The notes under the pieces were generated by a model that saw only the letters and a list, made by a program, of their open reading frames with translations, was not told the DNA's origin and did not search any database. This document shows positions 19,772-29,120 of a DNA stretch of 64,000 nt, piece by piece. Source of the DNA: an uncultured Chloroflexia bacterium (lineage in GTDB: Bacteria > Chloroflexota > Chloroflexia > Thermomicrobiales > JALYUS01); the NCBI GenBank assembly GCA_963763655.1, contig CAVXPY010000036.1:113320-177319 (forward strand), written 5' to 3'. Both the position numbers and the translations under genes were made by a program. How positions within the stretch are numbered: the stretch's first letter is position 1; every line of letters begins with the position of its first letter.

Positions 19772-20705
19772 ACGGCTTCGGCAACCCCAATGTCTGCGTG
19801 AAATAGTCATTGAATCGCGCGGAGTCGACGGTTTTCGCCACCTTGGTTGCGAAGCCACCTTCGGGGCGACCGGGACGGGTGAGGATCGTCTGACCGGCGG
19901 CGTATTTGCCGCCCGTCTCGATCATCGCGCGCTCCTCGGGTGCATCGACAAGTTTCGGGTCCGCCGCAACGGCAACGGCGAGCGGATCGTGCAGATGGTT
20001 GAGTGGGCGATTGAAGGCGACGAACATCTGCGCGCCCGCCTTCCGCACGATTTGCGCGTTCGGCGCGGTTTCGCCTTCCAGCGCGTCCCACTGCGCGCGG
20101 GTAAAGGCTGCGTGCATCGTCACATCGAGACCGACCCACGTCGCATCGAAGCCCGCTTCCAGTACCTGTGCGGCCGCTTCCGGGTCCGCATAAATGTTGA
20201 ACTCGGCACTTGGCGTCGTGTTCCCCGGCACGCGGAACGCGCCCCCCATGATGACGAGTCGCTTGACGAGCCGCGGCAACTCCGGCTCCAATGCAACCGC
20301 GACCGCGAGGTTTGTGAGCGGCCCGACGAAAATGAAAGTCAGTGCTCCCGGAGCATTGCGCGCCGCATCGATGAGGTATTGTGGTGCGGAAAGCGCCTCG
20401 ACGGTGCGCCGGGAGTCCGGAATATCCGCCCCGCCGAGGCCATCCGAGCCATGCACATGTGCGGCGGTAAAGAGTGGCCGGTCCATCGGGCGGCTCATGC
20501 CCCGATAGACCGGAACCCTCGTCGCACCGACGAAATCGAGGACGCGCAGCGTATTGCGCGTCGTATGTTCCAGTTCGACATTGCCCGCGACCGTCGTGAC
20601 GCCGATCAGGTCAATCGTCGGCGCCGCAACTGCCAACGCAATCGCCATCGCATCGTCCACACCCGTATCAACATCGAGAATCGCGCGAATCGGTTCCAAA
20701 GCCAC
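19767..20705 (-). CDS. Nucleoside hydrolase (IUNH family)
   Basis: ILDVDTGVDDAMA, HGSDGLG, GPLTNLA, AEFNIYADPEAA and LHDPLAV motifs. Confidence 0.95.
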   Translation of the reverse strand: MALEPIRAILDVDTGVDDAMAIALAVAAPTIDLIGVTTVAGNVELEHTTRNTLRVLDFVGATRVPVYRGMSRPMDRPLFTAAHVHGSDGLGGADIPDSRRTVEALSAPQYLIDAARNAPGALTFIFVGPLTNLAVAVALEPELPRLVKRLVIMGGAFRVPGNTTPSAEFNIYADPEAAAQVLEAGFDATWVGLDVTMHAAFTRAQWDALEGETAPNAQIVRKAGAQMFVAFNRPLNHLHDPLAVAVAADPKLVDAPEERAMIETGGKYAAGQTILTRPGRPEGGFATKVAKTVDSARFNDYFTQTLGLPKPS

Positions 20706-20731
20706 AACATGCCTCCCCATTTGGTCAAATC

Positions 20732-20864
20732 GAACCGCAGAGACGCAGAGGACGCAGAGAGGGAAGGAGAAGAGAAACGAGATAGAGAAATACGGAACGG
20801 ATCAATCAGGATCCCCTTCTTCTTACTTCTCTCTTTCTCTGCGCCCTCTGCGTCTCTGCGGTTT
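20732..20864. repeat. Family B inverted repeat
   Basis: aaccgcagagacgcagaggacgcagag...ctctgcgccctctgcgtctctgcggtt. Confidence 0.85.
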
Positions 20865-20895
20865 AATCGGTTTTCGTGTTCAATCGGTTCCGCGA

Positions 20896-22647
20896 TTAAT
20901 CGTCGCCGGGTGCGCCTGCGGCGAGGGCTTCTTGCCAGGCCGCGACCGGGGGCGTCTCTACCATCGGTGGTGCGGTCAACACATCGAGGAAATACGGGCC
21001 ACCATCCGCGAAGGCGGTCTGGAGCGCCCGTTCGAGGTGCGCGGGATCGTCGATGCGGGCGCTCTTGAAGCCGAAGGCGCGGGCAATCGCGCCGTAATCC
21101 GTCTCGGTCGAGAAATCGACGGAATAGTAGCGGCGACTGTGATAAAGGTGCTGCAACTCCTTAATCCAGCCAAAGGAGCCGTTGTTGCAGAGGATGACGA
21201 CGACCGGCGCATTGATGCGGCTGAGGGTTTCGAGATCGCCGCACGACATGCCGAACGAACCGTCGCCCATCATCGCGACGACGCGCTGCCCCGGCCGGGC
21301 CGCCATCGCCGCCCCGACAACACCACCGATCGCGTAGCCAAGCCCGCCATGCGCGCGCGGAATGGCGAAGCCCCGCCCGGCGACGCGCGTCTGGAACTGC
21401 GCGGCAAGGTACGGGGTCGGCGTACCGGGATCAGCAACAATGAGCGGATCGTCGGGGAGCAGATCGCGCAGATGGCGGATCACACGCGCGGGATGAATCG
21501 GGCGCATCTCGCTGCGGGCATCGACCGCGACGCCCTCCCACCACGCGGCGCTTTCCTGCCCCAGCGCCGCGATGCGGGGTGCGTTCCGCTTGCCGACGCC
21601 GGTGGGATCGGCGATGGCGGCGAACACGTCTTCCAGGGCAAGGCGTGCATCGCCAACCAGCGGCACGGCGGCACGGTAGTTATTGCCGACTTCCCACGGC
21701 TCCATATCGAGTTGGATAACTGCCGGGCCACCTTGCTCCGGCTTGGCAGGCAGGGTCCAGTTCAGGGTCGTCACGCTGTCGGTGCGTGTACCGATCAGAA
21801 AGATCAGGTCCGCCGCCATCACGGCCCGGCGCGTGTACTCGCGCCCCCCGTTCCCGCCGACGACACCGAGGCTGACCGGGCTGGTCTCCGCGATGCTTCC
21901 CTTCCCGTTGATGCTCGTCGCAACGGGAATGTTCAGTGTTTCAGCGAAACGGGTGAGCGCATCCCAGGCGCGCGACGCATGGACGCCACCGCCCGCCACA
22001 ATGATGGGGCGCGCGGCACCCTCGATCAACCGCGCGGCGCGCTCAATCGCCGCCGGGTCCGGGCGGACCGGCGCGGCGGGTGTGCTCCCCCAGAGCGGAT
22101 CGGTATGCGTGGCGGCATCGCCGATGTCGCCCGCAAGAACATCGGCGGGGAGTGAGAGGTGGGTTGCACCGGGGCGACCGCTCGTGGCGAGTCGCAGGGC
22201 GCGGCGCAAGGCATCCGGCAATCCCTCGCTCGTCTTCACTTTCGTCGTCCACTTCGTGACTGCGGTAAAGAGCATGACCTGATCGAGTTCGGTGAGCACG
22301 CCGCGCCCCTCCTCAGAGACGGGCGTGTCCGTTGTCAGGCAGAGGAGTGGCACGGCGGAACCCTGCGCCTCCGCGACACCGGGCACAATGTACGTCGCGC
22401 CGCCGCCCGATGGCCCCTCTGTCACGCCGATCCGGTTCGTGAAGCGCGCATAGGCATCCGCCGCGAAGGAAGCGGAACGCTCGTCACGGAACATGACATG
22501 CCGGATCGCGTCGCCGCGATGATAGAGCGCGTCGTAGAGGGTCATACTCGTATCACCGGGCAACCCGAAAATATGCGTCACGCCGGTGTCGATCAGCATC
22601 TGCACCAGCGCTTCCGATGCGTTCATCCCCTGCTCCCTTCCCGTCAT
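20896..22647 (-). CDS. Thiamine pyrophosphate-dependent enzyme (acetolactate synthase large-subunit-like)
   Basis: IFGLPGD, RDERSASFAADAYAR, SGRPGATHLSLP and TPP motif GDGSF...NN. Confidence 0.9.
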   Translation of the reverse strand: MTGREQGMNASEALVQMLIDTGVTHIFGLPGDTSMTLYDALYHRGDAIRHVMFRDERSASFAADAYARFTNRIGVTEGPSGGGATYIVPGVAEAQGSAVPLLCLTTDTPVSEEGRGVLTELDQVMLFTAVTKWTTKVKTSEGLPDALRRALRLATSGRPGATHLSLPADVLAGDIGDAATHTDPLWGSTPAAPVRPDPAAIERAARLIEGAARPIIVAGGGVHASRAWDALTRFAETLNIPVATSINGKGSIAETSPVSLGVVGGNGGREYTRRAVMAADLIFLIGTRTDSVTTLNWTLPAKPEQGGPAVIQLDMEPWEVGNNYRAAVPLVGDARLALEDVFAAIADPTGVGKRNAPRIAALGQESAAWWEGVAVDARSEMRPIHPARVIRHLRDLLPDDPLIVADPGTPTPYLAAQFQTRVAGRGFAIPRAHGGLGYAIGGVVGAAMAARPGQRVVAMMGDGSFGMSCGDLETLSRINAPVVVILCNNGSFGWIKELQHLYHSRRYYSVDFSTETDYGAIARAFGFKSARIDDPAHLERALQTAFADGGPYFLDVLTAPPMVETPPVAAWQEALAAGAPGDD

Positions 22648-22758
22648 CTCGCGGCCTCAGCGCTCGTCGCCGCATTCTAGCATTGTGCTATACTGCCGCG
22701 CACGGGGTGCTTCGTACGTACAGTTTGCATAACGTAGAGGCTTTTGAGGGGACTTGTG

Positions 22759-24420
22759 ATGCAGCGTTCGTCCATCGCGTGGTTGCAGCGGCTTTCCGCA
22801 GGTTTGCTCTTGTTCACACTCATCGTCGGCCTGACACCCACACCAGTGGGGGCCGCAACGACCGACCCTTTCAATGTCAAGCCAGTGATGACTGCCGCCC
22901 CGACGGCGGATCAGACCGACCCGGTGATGGCGGGTACCGTCATTTCATGGGCAGACCGCCGGACCGGTATCTTCGATGTCGTCACCTACGATACCGATGA
23001 AGGTCAGGAGCAGCGCCTCGCGCTCGCGGTGCCGCTGCCGACCCCCGGCACCGAACGGAGCCAGCCCTCGCTCGATGGTCAAACCCTCGTCTGGGTCAAT
23101 ACCCCGCCGCCAGATGTCACACAGGGCGGGACACCGAGTGCACCGGCGCTGCAACAACAGACGATCGGTGCCTACGACCTCACGCGGCACCGGGTGATTG
23201 CGCTCCCGAACGTTGGCGCGGGCCCGAAACGTCGCCCGGCGGTCAGTGGGTCACTGATCGTCTATTCCGACAAGCGGAGCGGCGAGTGGGACATCTACGG
23301 CTACGATCTCAGCACAAATACCGAGTTCCCTATCGCGATTGGCGGCGGCGCGCACGGCTACACTGCCGTGAGCGGCAGCACGGTCATCTACGATGTCTAT
23401 CGGGATAACTCGTCGGACATCATGGGGTACACCGTCAAGGACAAGAAGACGTTCGCGATCGCGGCAGGCGGCGGCGATCAGGAGTACGCGCAGATTTCCG
23501 GCAACACCGTCGTCTATCTCGATCGTGGCATGACGGGAGGCAACCCGAGTCTCAAGCTGTACGACATCGAGACGAAGCAGACGAAGACGCTCGCGAAAGA
23601 TCACCTCGTCGCGCGCCCAGAGATCAGCGGCGATCTGGTCGTCTGGGAGGACTGGCGGAACGGCGCGCCGAATATCTTCGCGTACGACACGAAAAAGAGC
23701 ACGGAATACACCCTCACGCGCAGCGGCGATGCCCGCGTTCCCTTCGTTTCCGGTCAGTTCATCGGCTGGCTGAAGAGCGACGCCTTCGCTGCGCGCGTCA
23801 CGGCGGTGAAACTCATCCCGAAACTGCCTTCCGACCGCCTCGAACCGCCGACCGCCCCCGAACCGGATGTGACATACATGGCACAGACCGGCCATTACAT
23901 CAAATACGGTATCAAGGAGTTCTGGCAGTCCCACGGCGCTCTGGCCTACTTTGGCTATCCCGTGAGCGAGGAGTTTCCCGATATTTCGTCGGATAATCTG
24001 CAAGTGACGGTGCAATACTTCGAGCGGTCGAAGCTGGAATACGTCAAAGCGCTCAATATCACCCGTATCGGCCTCGTCGGCACCGAACTGACGCGGGACC
24101 GGAAGTTCGACACCGTCGCCCCCTTCCCCGATAGCGCGGATCGGCGCTACTTCCGCGAAACCGGCCATTCGCTGGCGACGGGGTTCAAAAAGTATTGGGA
24201 CGACAATGATGGCGTGAACCGGTTCGGCTTCCCGATCTCCGAGGAACTGACCGAGAACGGCGTCACGGTGCAATACTTCGAGCGCGGGCGGCTCGAATAT
24301 CACCCGGAACTGGAAGCAGGGAAACAGATCACCCTCGGTCGGCTCGGCGAAGAACTGCTTGAGGCGCGGGGCTGGATCCAACCCCCGCCACCGGACACGA
24401 CGCAGTTCCCGGAGCGATAG
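22759..24420 (+). CDS. Secreted protein: beta-propeller repeats plus Chloroflexota-type C-terminal surface repeats
   Basis: Signal peptide; repeated P.ISG..VVW.D.R.G..DIY.YD units; two TGH....F..FW...G...FG(Y/F)P.SEE...VQYFER..LEY units. Confidence 0.8.
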   Translation: MQRSSIAWLQRLSAGLLLFTLIVGLTPTPVGAATTDPFNVKPVMTAAPTADQTDPVMAGTVISWADRRTGIFDVVTYDTDEGQEQRLALAVPLPTPGTERSQPSLDGQTLVWVNTPPPDVTQGGTPSAPALQQQTIGAYDLTRHRVIALPNVGAGPKRRPAVSGSLIVYSDKRSGEWDIYGYDLSTNTEFPIAIGGGAHGYTAVSGSTVIYDVYRDNSSDIMGYTVKDKKTFAIAAGGGDQEYAQISGNTVVYLDRGMTGGNPSLKLYDIETKQTKTLAKDHLVARPEISGDLVVWEDWRNGAPNIFAYDTKKSTEYTLTRSGDARVPFVSGQFIGWLKSDAFAARVTAVKLIPKLPSDRLEPPTAPEPDVTYMAQTGHYIKYGIKEFWQSHGALAYFGYPVSEEFPDISSDNLQVTVQYFERSKLEYVKALNITRIGLVGTELTRDRKFDTVAPFPDSADRRYFRETGHSLATGFKKYWDDNDGVNRFGFPISEELTENGVTVQYFERGRLEYHPELEAGKQITLGRLGEELLEARGWIQPPPPDTTQFPER

Positions 24421-24424
24421 TGCG

Positions 24425-24556
24425 AAACCGGATCGACATAGAGACGCAGAAGAGAAAGAGAGATGTGAGCACAGAGGACGCAGAGGACACAGAGACCGCA
24501 GAGAAGAGGTTTTCTTCTTTTTCTCTTCTCGGTGATCGCTGTGTCCTCTGTGTTCG
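24425..24556. repeat. Family B inverted repeat
   Basis: gagacgcagaag...cacagaggacgcagaggacacagag...ctgtgtcctctgtgttc. Confidence 0.8.
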
Positions 24557-24680
24557 CATCTCGTTCTTCGCCCGCCCTTCCCCTGGCTGCACCATACCAG
24601 ATGCGACATATGACAATCTCCGTAAATTGTGGAGCACCGTTTCGTGCTTTCCAAAGGGGAAAAGTCGTGCCGTTGCCCCC

Positions 24681-24710
24681 TTGCAATCGGCAAGGGTTAT
24701 CTGGTATATT
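24681..24710 (+). promoter_or_regulatory. Promoter TTGCAA-N18-TATATT with extended TG, upstream of the zinc-ribbon gene
   Basis: ttgcaatcggcaagggttatctggtatatt. Confidence 0.5.
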
Positions 24711-24876
24711 TATGGTTAGCAACGTGATTAGAAGACAAGAGGGAGCGACAAACCGCCAATCAGCGGTGTGCGCTTCCGAATGAAACGATCACATTCTGTC
24801 AATATTGCACAAGGGCGGGCGTGGGGATGCTCGTCACGGGTTGTTCATTGGTTTGGGGAAGCAGGAGGGTTCTCGC

Positions 24877-25206
24877 GTGGACTTCTCAGATCGCACGCTC
24901 ACATGTCGGGACTGTGGAAAACCGTTTACCTGGACGGCGGGTGAGCAAATGTTCTATGCCGAAAAGGGGCTGGTGAACGAGCCTGCACGCTGCCCGGAAT
25001 GCCGTGCAGCCCGGAAGGCACGCCTCGGTCTCGAACCGCCGCGGATGATGCATACCATCGTGTGCGCCGAATGCGGCCAGGAGACGACGGTGCCGTTCGT
25101 CCCACGCAATGGCCGACCCGTGCTCTGCTCTTCCTGCTTTGCCAAGGCGAAGACGGCACCGGAGCTTATCGTCGAACCGATCCCGGAAGTCGCCATCGCG
25201 GACTGA
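24877..25206 (+). CDS. Zinc-ribbon protein (zf-trcl plus CxxC-x17-CxxC)
   Basis: DRTLTCRDCGKPFTWTAGEQMFYAEKG..EPARCPECR and CAECGQETTVPFVPRNGRPVLCSSCF; GGAGG RBS before GTG. Confidence 0.9.
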   Translation: MDFSDRTLTCRDCGKPFTWTAGEQMFYAEKGLVNEPARCPECRAARKARLGLEPPRMMHTIVCAECGQETTVPFVPRNGRPVLCSSCFAKAKTAPELIVEPIPEVAIAD

Positions 25207-25222
25207 CAACCGCACGAAGATC

Positions 25223-25253
25223 AAAAACGCCGGGCAGACATCGCCCGGCGTTC
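25223..25253. terminator. Terminator-like hairpin between convergent genes
   Basis: aaaaacgccgggc-agacatc-gcccggcgtt. Confidence 0.65.
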
Positions 25254-25281
25254 CTTGTGACTGTTCAAAAACTTCAATCTC

Positions 25282-25341
25282 GGTGGCGGCGGGCTTCAGC
25301 CTGCCATACCTTGCTGTAGCAGGCTGAAGCCCGCCGCCACC
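25282..25341. repeat. Family C REP-like palindrome (GGTGG(C/T)(A/G)GC(A/G)GGCTT.AGCCTGC)
   Basis: ggtggcggcgggcttcagcctgc...gcaggctgaagcccgccgccacc; copies at 40578, 42385 and 60976. Confidence 0.85.
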
Positions 25342-25375
25342 GTTACTGGATCACGCTTTCGAGACTCATGTGCGA

Positions 25376-27772
25376 TCACTCCTCTTCGTCATCGTCAGGA
25401 TAGTCATCGACGGTTTCGCCGTTGATGACCTGCCGCCGCCGCGCGCCGTCCTGTGGGCCAATGATGCCTTCGCGTTCGAGCGCCTCAACCAGCCGCGCGG
25501 CGCGGTTGTAACCGATACGGAGGCGGCTCTGGAGCATACTCGTGCTCGCCCAGCCTTGCTCGCGGACGATCTGCCGCGCCCGGTCGATGAGATTATCCCC
25601 GCCCGGTTGCTCGCGGATCGTCTTGCCGTCATTCGGCGGCTCGGCTACTTCCGGTTTGTACTGCGGTTCCGGCGCAAGGGTCCGCCAGTGCGAGACAATG
25701 GCGGAAATATCCTTGTCCGAGACGAACGCGCCCTGAATACGCTGCGGCTTGTCGGAGTCTGCCGCCTTGTAGAGCATATCGCCCCGCCCGAGCAAACGTT
25801 CCGCCCCCGGTGTATCGAGGATCACCCGGCTGTCGATCTGGCTCGTCACCGCGAAGGCGATCCGCGCCGGGAAGTTCGCCTTGATGAGGCCCGTAATCAC
25901 ATCCACCGAGGGGCGCTGCGTCGCGAGAATGAGATGCATTCCGGTGGCGCGTGCCTTTTGGGCGAGGCGGACGAGGGCCGTTTCGATGTCGTCCGGGGCC
26001 GTCATCATCAGGTCCGCGAGTTCGTCGATGATAATGACGACGTAGGGGATATTCTCGGGCTGCTTCTCGAGATGGGGGCCGAGTTCCTTGCTCCGCTTAT
26101 GATACGCCTCGATATTCCGCACGCCGGAACGCATGAAGAGTTGATAGCGGCGCTCCATCTCCGTCACCGCCCAACGGAGAATGCCGATCACTTTCTCCAT
26201 GTCGGTGACGACAGGCGCGAGCAGATGCGGGATGCCGTTGTACTCGGACATCTCGACCATCTTCGGGTCGACCATCACGAAGCGGAGTTCATCAGGTGTG
26301 CGATTAATGAGCATCGCGGCGATCAATACATTGACGAAGATGCTCTTGCCGCTGCCGGTCGATCCGGCGACGAGCAAGTGCGGCATCTTGGCGAGGTCCG
26401 CGATCTGATAATGTCCGTTGACATCCCGTCCGAGCGGGATCGGCAGCTTCGCACGGGCGGTAGCGAAATCGCCCGATTCGAGCGCCTCGCGCAGCCCGAC
26501 TGTCGCAATCGTGGTGTTCGGGATCTCGATGCCGATGCGGCTCTTGCCGGGGATCGGCGCTTCGATGCGGAGGGCGGGCACCGCGAGGGCGAGGGCGAGA
26601 TCGTTCTGTAGCTCCGTCACGCGCCGCACCTTGACGCCCACACCTGGCTCCAGCGCGTACTGCGTGACCGCCGGACCGGGGTTGATTTCCCGCACCGTCG
26701 CTTCCACGCGAAAGCTCGCCAGTGTCTGCTCGATGACCTGCGCCTTCTGTTCGAGGTCTTCTTCGCTCACCGTCACATCTGGGTAGCGGTCCATATGCGC
26801 GATTGTCGGGAGGGTCCAGCGCACCGGTTCCGGTTCCGGCAGCTCGATCCGCGCGGTGTCGGCCCTCGCGGGGGACGCGGCGGTCGGTGCGGGTGGCGGT
26901 GGTGGATCCTTGCGGACGGTGCGTTGCGGCACCTCGGGCGGCGGTTCCATCACCGGTTCCGGCCTCGGATCGGGGCGGCGGATGATCGGCGGTGGGACAA
27001 TCACCTGCTGCGGTGGTGGGCCGAAATCCTCCACCATCGCGGCGCGCCCGTTCCGCCCCTTCGGCACGAGCATGGCAGGTTCCGCCATCCGTGCAGGCAC
27101 GATGGGGAGGTCACCCAATGGGACATTCGCCCCCTGTGGGCCACGCAAACGCGCGAGCACGTACCGCAGTTCGTTATTCATGAAGATGCCGATGCCCGCG
27201 ATGAGGAGCGCGAGCAAGACGATGCCGGCCCCGAAATTCCCTAACCCCCGCGCGAGGAAGGCGCTGATGAAGTAGCCGATATAGCCGCCCCCCTTGTTCG
27301 TCTCCGCCCAGCGCAGCGGATCGTCTGCCAGGGTGTGCAGGAGGCCGAGTGTCGCGACGACCATCAGCCCGCTGCCGACAATCGCATGGTACGATGGGCC
27401 GACATGCGTCTCGTCTTTATCGAGAAAGGAGTCCGCCGCCCAGACCGCAATCAAGGCGGGCACGCCAACCGCCCCCCAGCCGAACATGGTGGCGAGCGCG
27501 CGCCGCCAGTAATCGAGCAACCCCGTCCGATCGCCCGCCAGGAGCGCGCCGATGGTGAGCAGGGCAAGGACGATGAGACCGACGCCAACGAGATCCCGCC
27601 GGAGGCCGGGATGCAGTGCCATCCACGGGTCCGGACGCGGACCACGCGCCGCAGGACGTTTTGCAGGCGTCTTCGGCTTCGGGCCGGGCCGCCGGGGCGC
27701 TTTGGTTGGTCGTCGGGGCGCGGGCGACGACGCATTCGACCGGCGCTTCGGTGATGTCGCTGTTCCCGCCAC
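25376..27772 (-). CDS. ftsK: DNA translocase FtsK
   Basis: 4TM N-domain, PHLLVAGSTGSGKS, IIIDELADLMM, ATQRPSVDVITG, GAERLLGRGDML and gamma-domain LRIGYNRAARL. Probable GTG start at 27772; the ORF extension upstream runs into a repeat. Confidence 0.97.
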   Translation of the reverse strand: MAGTATSPKRRSNASSPAPRRPTKAPRRPGPKPKTPAKRPAARGPRPDPWMALHPGLRRDLVGVGLIVLALLTIGALLAGDRTGLLDYWRRALATMFGWGAVGVPALIAVWAADSFLDKDETHVGPSYHAIVGSGLMVVATLGLLHTLADDPLRWAETNKGGGYIGYFISAFLARGLGNFGAGIVLLALLIAGIGIFMNNELRYVLARLRGPQGANVPLGDLPIVPARMAEPAMLVPKGRNGRAAMVEDFGPPPQQVIVPPPIIRRPDPRPEPVMEPPPEVPQRTVRKDPPPPPAPTAASPARADTARIELPEPEPVRWTLPTIAHMDRYPDVTVSEEDLEQKAQVIEQTLASFRVEATVREINPGPAVTQYALEPGVGVKVRRVTELQNDLALALAVPALRIEAPIPGKSRIGIEIPNTTIATVGLREALESGDFATARAKLPIPLGRDVNGHYQIADLAKMPHLLVAGSTGSGKSIFVNVLIAAMLINRTPDELRFVMVDPKMVEMSEYNGIPHLLAPVVTDMEKVIGILRWAVTEMERRYQLFMRSGVRNIEAYHKRSKELGPHLEKQPENIPYVVIIIDELADLMMTAPDDIETALVRLAQKARATGMHLILATQRPSVDVITGLIKANFPARIAFAVTSQIDSRVILDTPGAERLLGRGDMLYKAADSDKPQRIQGAFVSDKDISAIVSHWRTLAPEPQYKPEVAEPPNDGKTIREQPGGDNLIDRARQIVREQGWASTSMLQSRLRIGYNRAARLVEALEREGIIGPQDGARRRQVINGETVDDYPDDDEEE

Positions 27773-27851
27773 GGCCCGCCTCCCCAGTACACACAAAAAG
27801 CTTTCGACACATTCTACACATGTCCGTACACTCTTGTCACCTTTCGGGAGA

Positions 27852-27981
27852 CCTAACCCCCCATCCCCCTTCCTTTTAGGGAAGGGGGTGACGCGCCGCA
27901 ATGCCGTGGTGTTTGGAGGAACGCCTTGATATTCGTACTGAGTCACCCCTCCCTCTTTAGGGGAGGGGCCGGCTGAGAGGT
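27852..27981. repeat. Family A REP-like palindromic doublet
   Basis: cctaaccccccatcccccttccttttagggaaggggg...cccctccctctttaggggaggggccgg. Confidence 0.88.
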
Positions 27982-28049
27982 CGTATCCGTTATACTAGTC
28001 GCCCGGAGTGCCACGGTGTGCATTACGGCCATTAAGGAGGAATGGGGAT

Positions 28050-28985
28050 ATGAAGTTCTGCCTGTCGATCGAGATTCAGGAAGGTCTGAGTTACGCGGCG
28101 ACCCTCGCCTTGACGCGGGATGCCGAGGCGGTCGGCTTCGACGCCTCGCTCGTGGCCGAGCATTATTACTCCTCGTCGGGTCACTTCGACCGCATGGCCG
28201 CCGATGCGTGGGTATTTCTCGGCGCGCTGGCGCGGGATACGCAGCGCATTCGCCTCGGCACGCTGGTCAGCCCGGTGACCTTCCGCCCGCCCGCAGTGCT
28301 CGCGAAGATGGCGACCTCGCTCGATCACCTCAGCAACGGTCGCGCCGAACTGGGGATTGGTGCAGGCTGGATGGCTGCGGAGCACGCCGCGCATGGCTTC
28401 CCCTTTGGGTCCGGTCCCGAGCGCGTTGATATGCTCGAAGAGCAACTGAAGATCATCAACGGCCTCTGGTCCGAGGATCCCTTCAGCTTCACCGGGGAAC
28501 ATTATCAGCTTGCGGAGTGCCATTTCACGCCGCAACCGACGCAGCGGCCGCGCCTACCTATCATCGTCGGCGGAGGTACCGCCGCAAAGCGCCTGCCGCG
28601 ACTGGCCGCACGCTACGGCGACGAGTACGTGATGGGCCTGGGCACGCCGACCGAGTGCCGCGCGGTGCGCGAGCGCCTCGACCGCCACTGTGAGGAGGCA
28701 GGTCGCGATCCGCGTGCGGTCTCTCTCGCCTTGTTCGCGGGCGTCTGCGTTGCGGAGACGGAACGGGATGCCGAGCGCACCCTGGAGCAGTTGCAGGAGG
28801 GCTCCCGCCCGCACATGCGCAATCTGGATACCTGGATCTATGGCACGCCAGAGCAGGCGGCGGAACGACTGCGCAATTTCGCCGCAGCGGGCGTGGATCG
28901 AATGATGTTCTCGGTGGACCACGCCCTGCACCTGGAGATGGTGACACTCCTCGGTACACAAGTCGCGCCACTGGTCAGCGCATGA
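28050..28985 (+). CDS. LLM-class flavin/F420-dependent oxidoreductase
   Basis: RIRLGTLVSPVTFRPPAVLAK..LDHLSNGRAELGIGAGW motif. Confidence 0.9.
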   Translation: MKFCLSIEIQEGLSYAATLALTRDAEAVGFDASLVAEHYYSSSGHFDRMAADAWVFLGALARDTQRIRLGTLVSPVTFRPPAVLAKMATSLDHLSNGRAELGIGAGWMAAEHAAHGFPFGSGPERVDMLEEQLKIINGLWSEDPFSFTGEHYQLAECHFTPQPTQRPRLPIIVGGGTAAKRLPRLAARYGDEYVMGLGTPTECRAVRERLDRHCEEAGRDPRAVSLALFAGVCVAETERDAERTLEQLQEGSRPHMRNLDTWIYGTPEQAAERLRNFAAAGVDRMMFSVDHALHLEMVTLLGTQVAPLVSA

Positions 28986-28988
28986 GAC

Positions 28989-29103
28989 AAACCGGGAGAA
29001 CCGCAAAGAGCGCAAAGGACACAAAGGTCGCAAAGAAGACGAAGATGGATATCTTTTCTCACTTTGCGTTCTTTGCGCTCTTTGCCTCTTTGCGGTTCTC
29101 CCC
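28989..29103. repeat. Family B inverted repeat
   Basis: gggagaaccgcaaagagcgcaaag...ctttgcgctctttgcctctttgcggttctccc. Confidence 0.85.
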
Positions 29104-29120
29104 GATTTCAGGACCCGCTG

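Noticed and set aside
27773-27946. N-terminal extension of FtsK in the ORF track
   Set aside because: It reads through an intergenic family A repeat; a GTG with a GGGGAGG RBS at 27772 is the better start.
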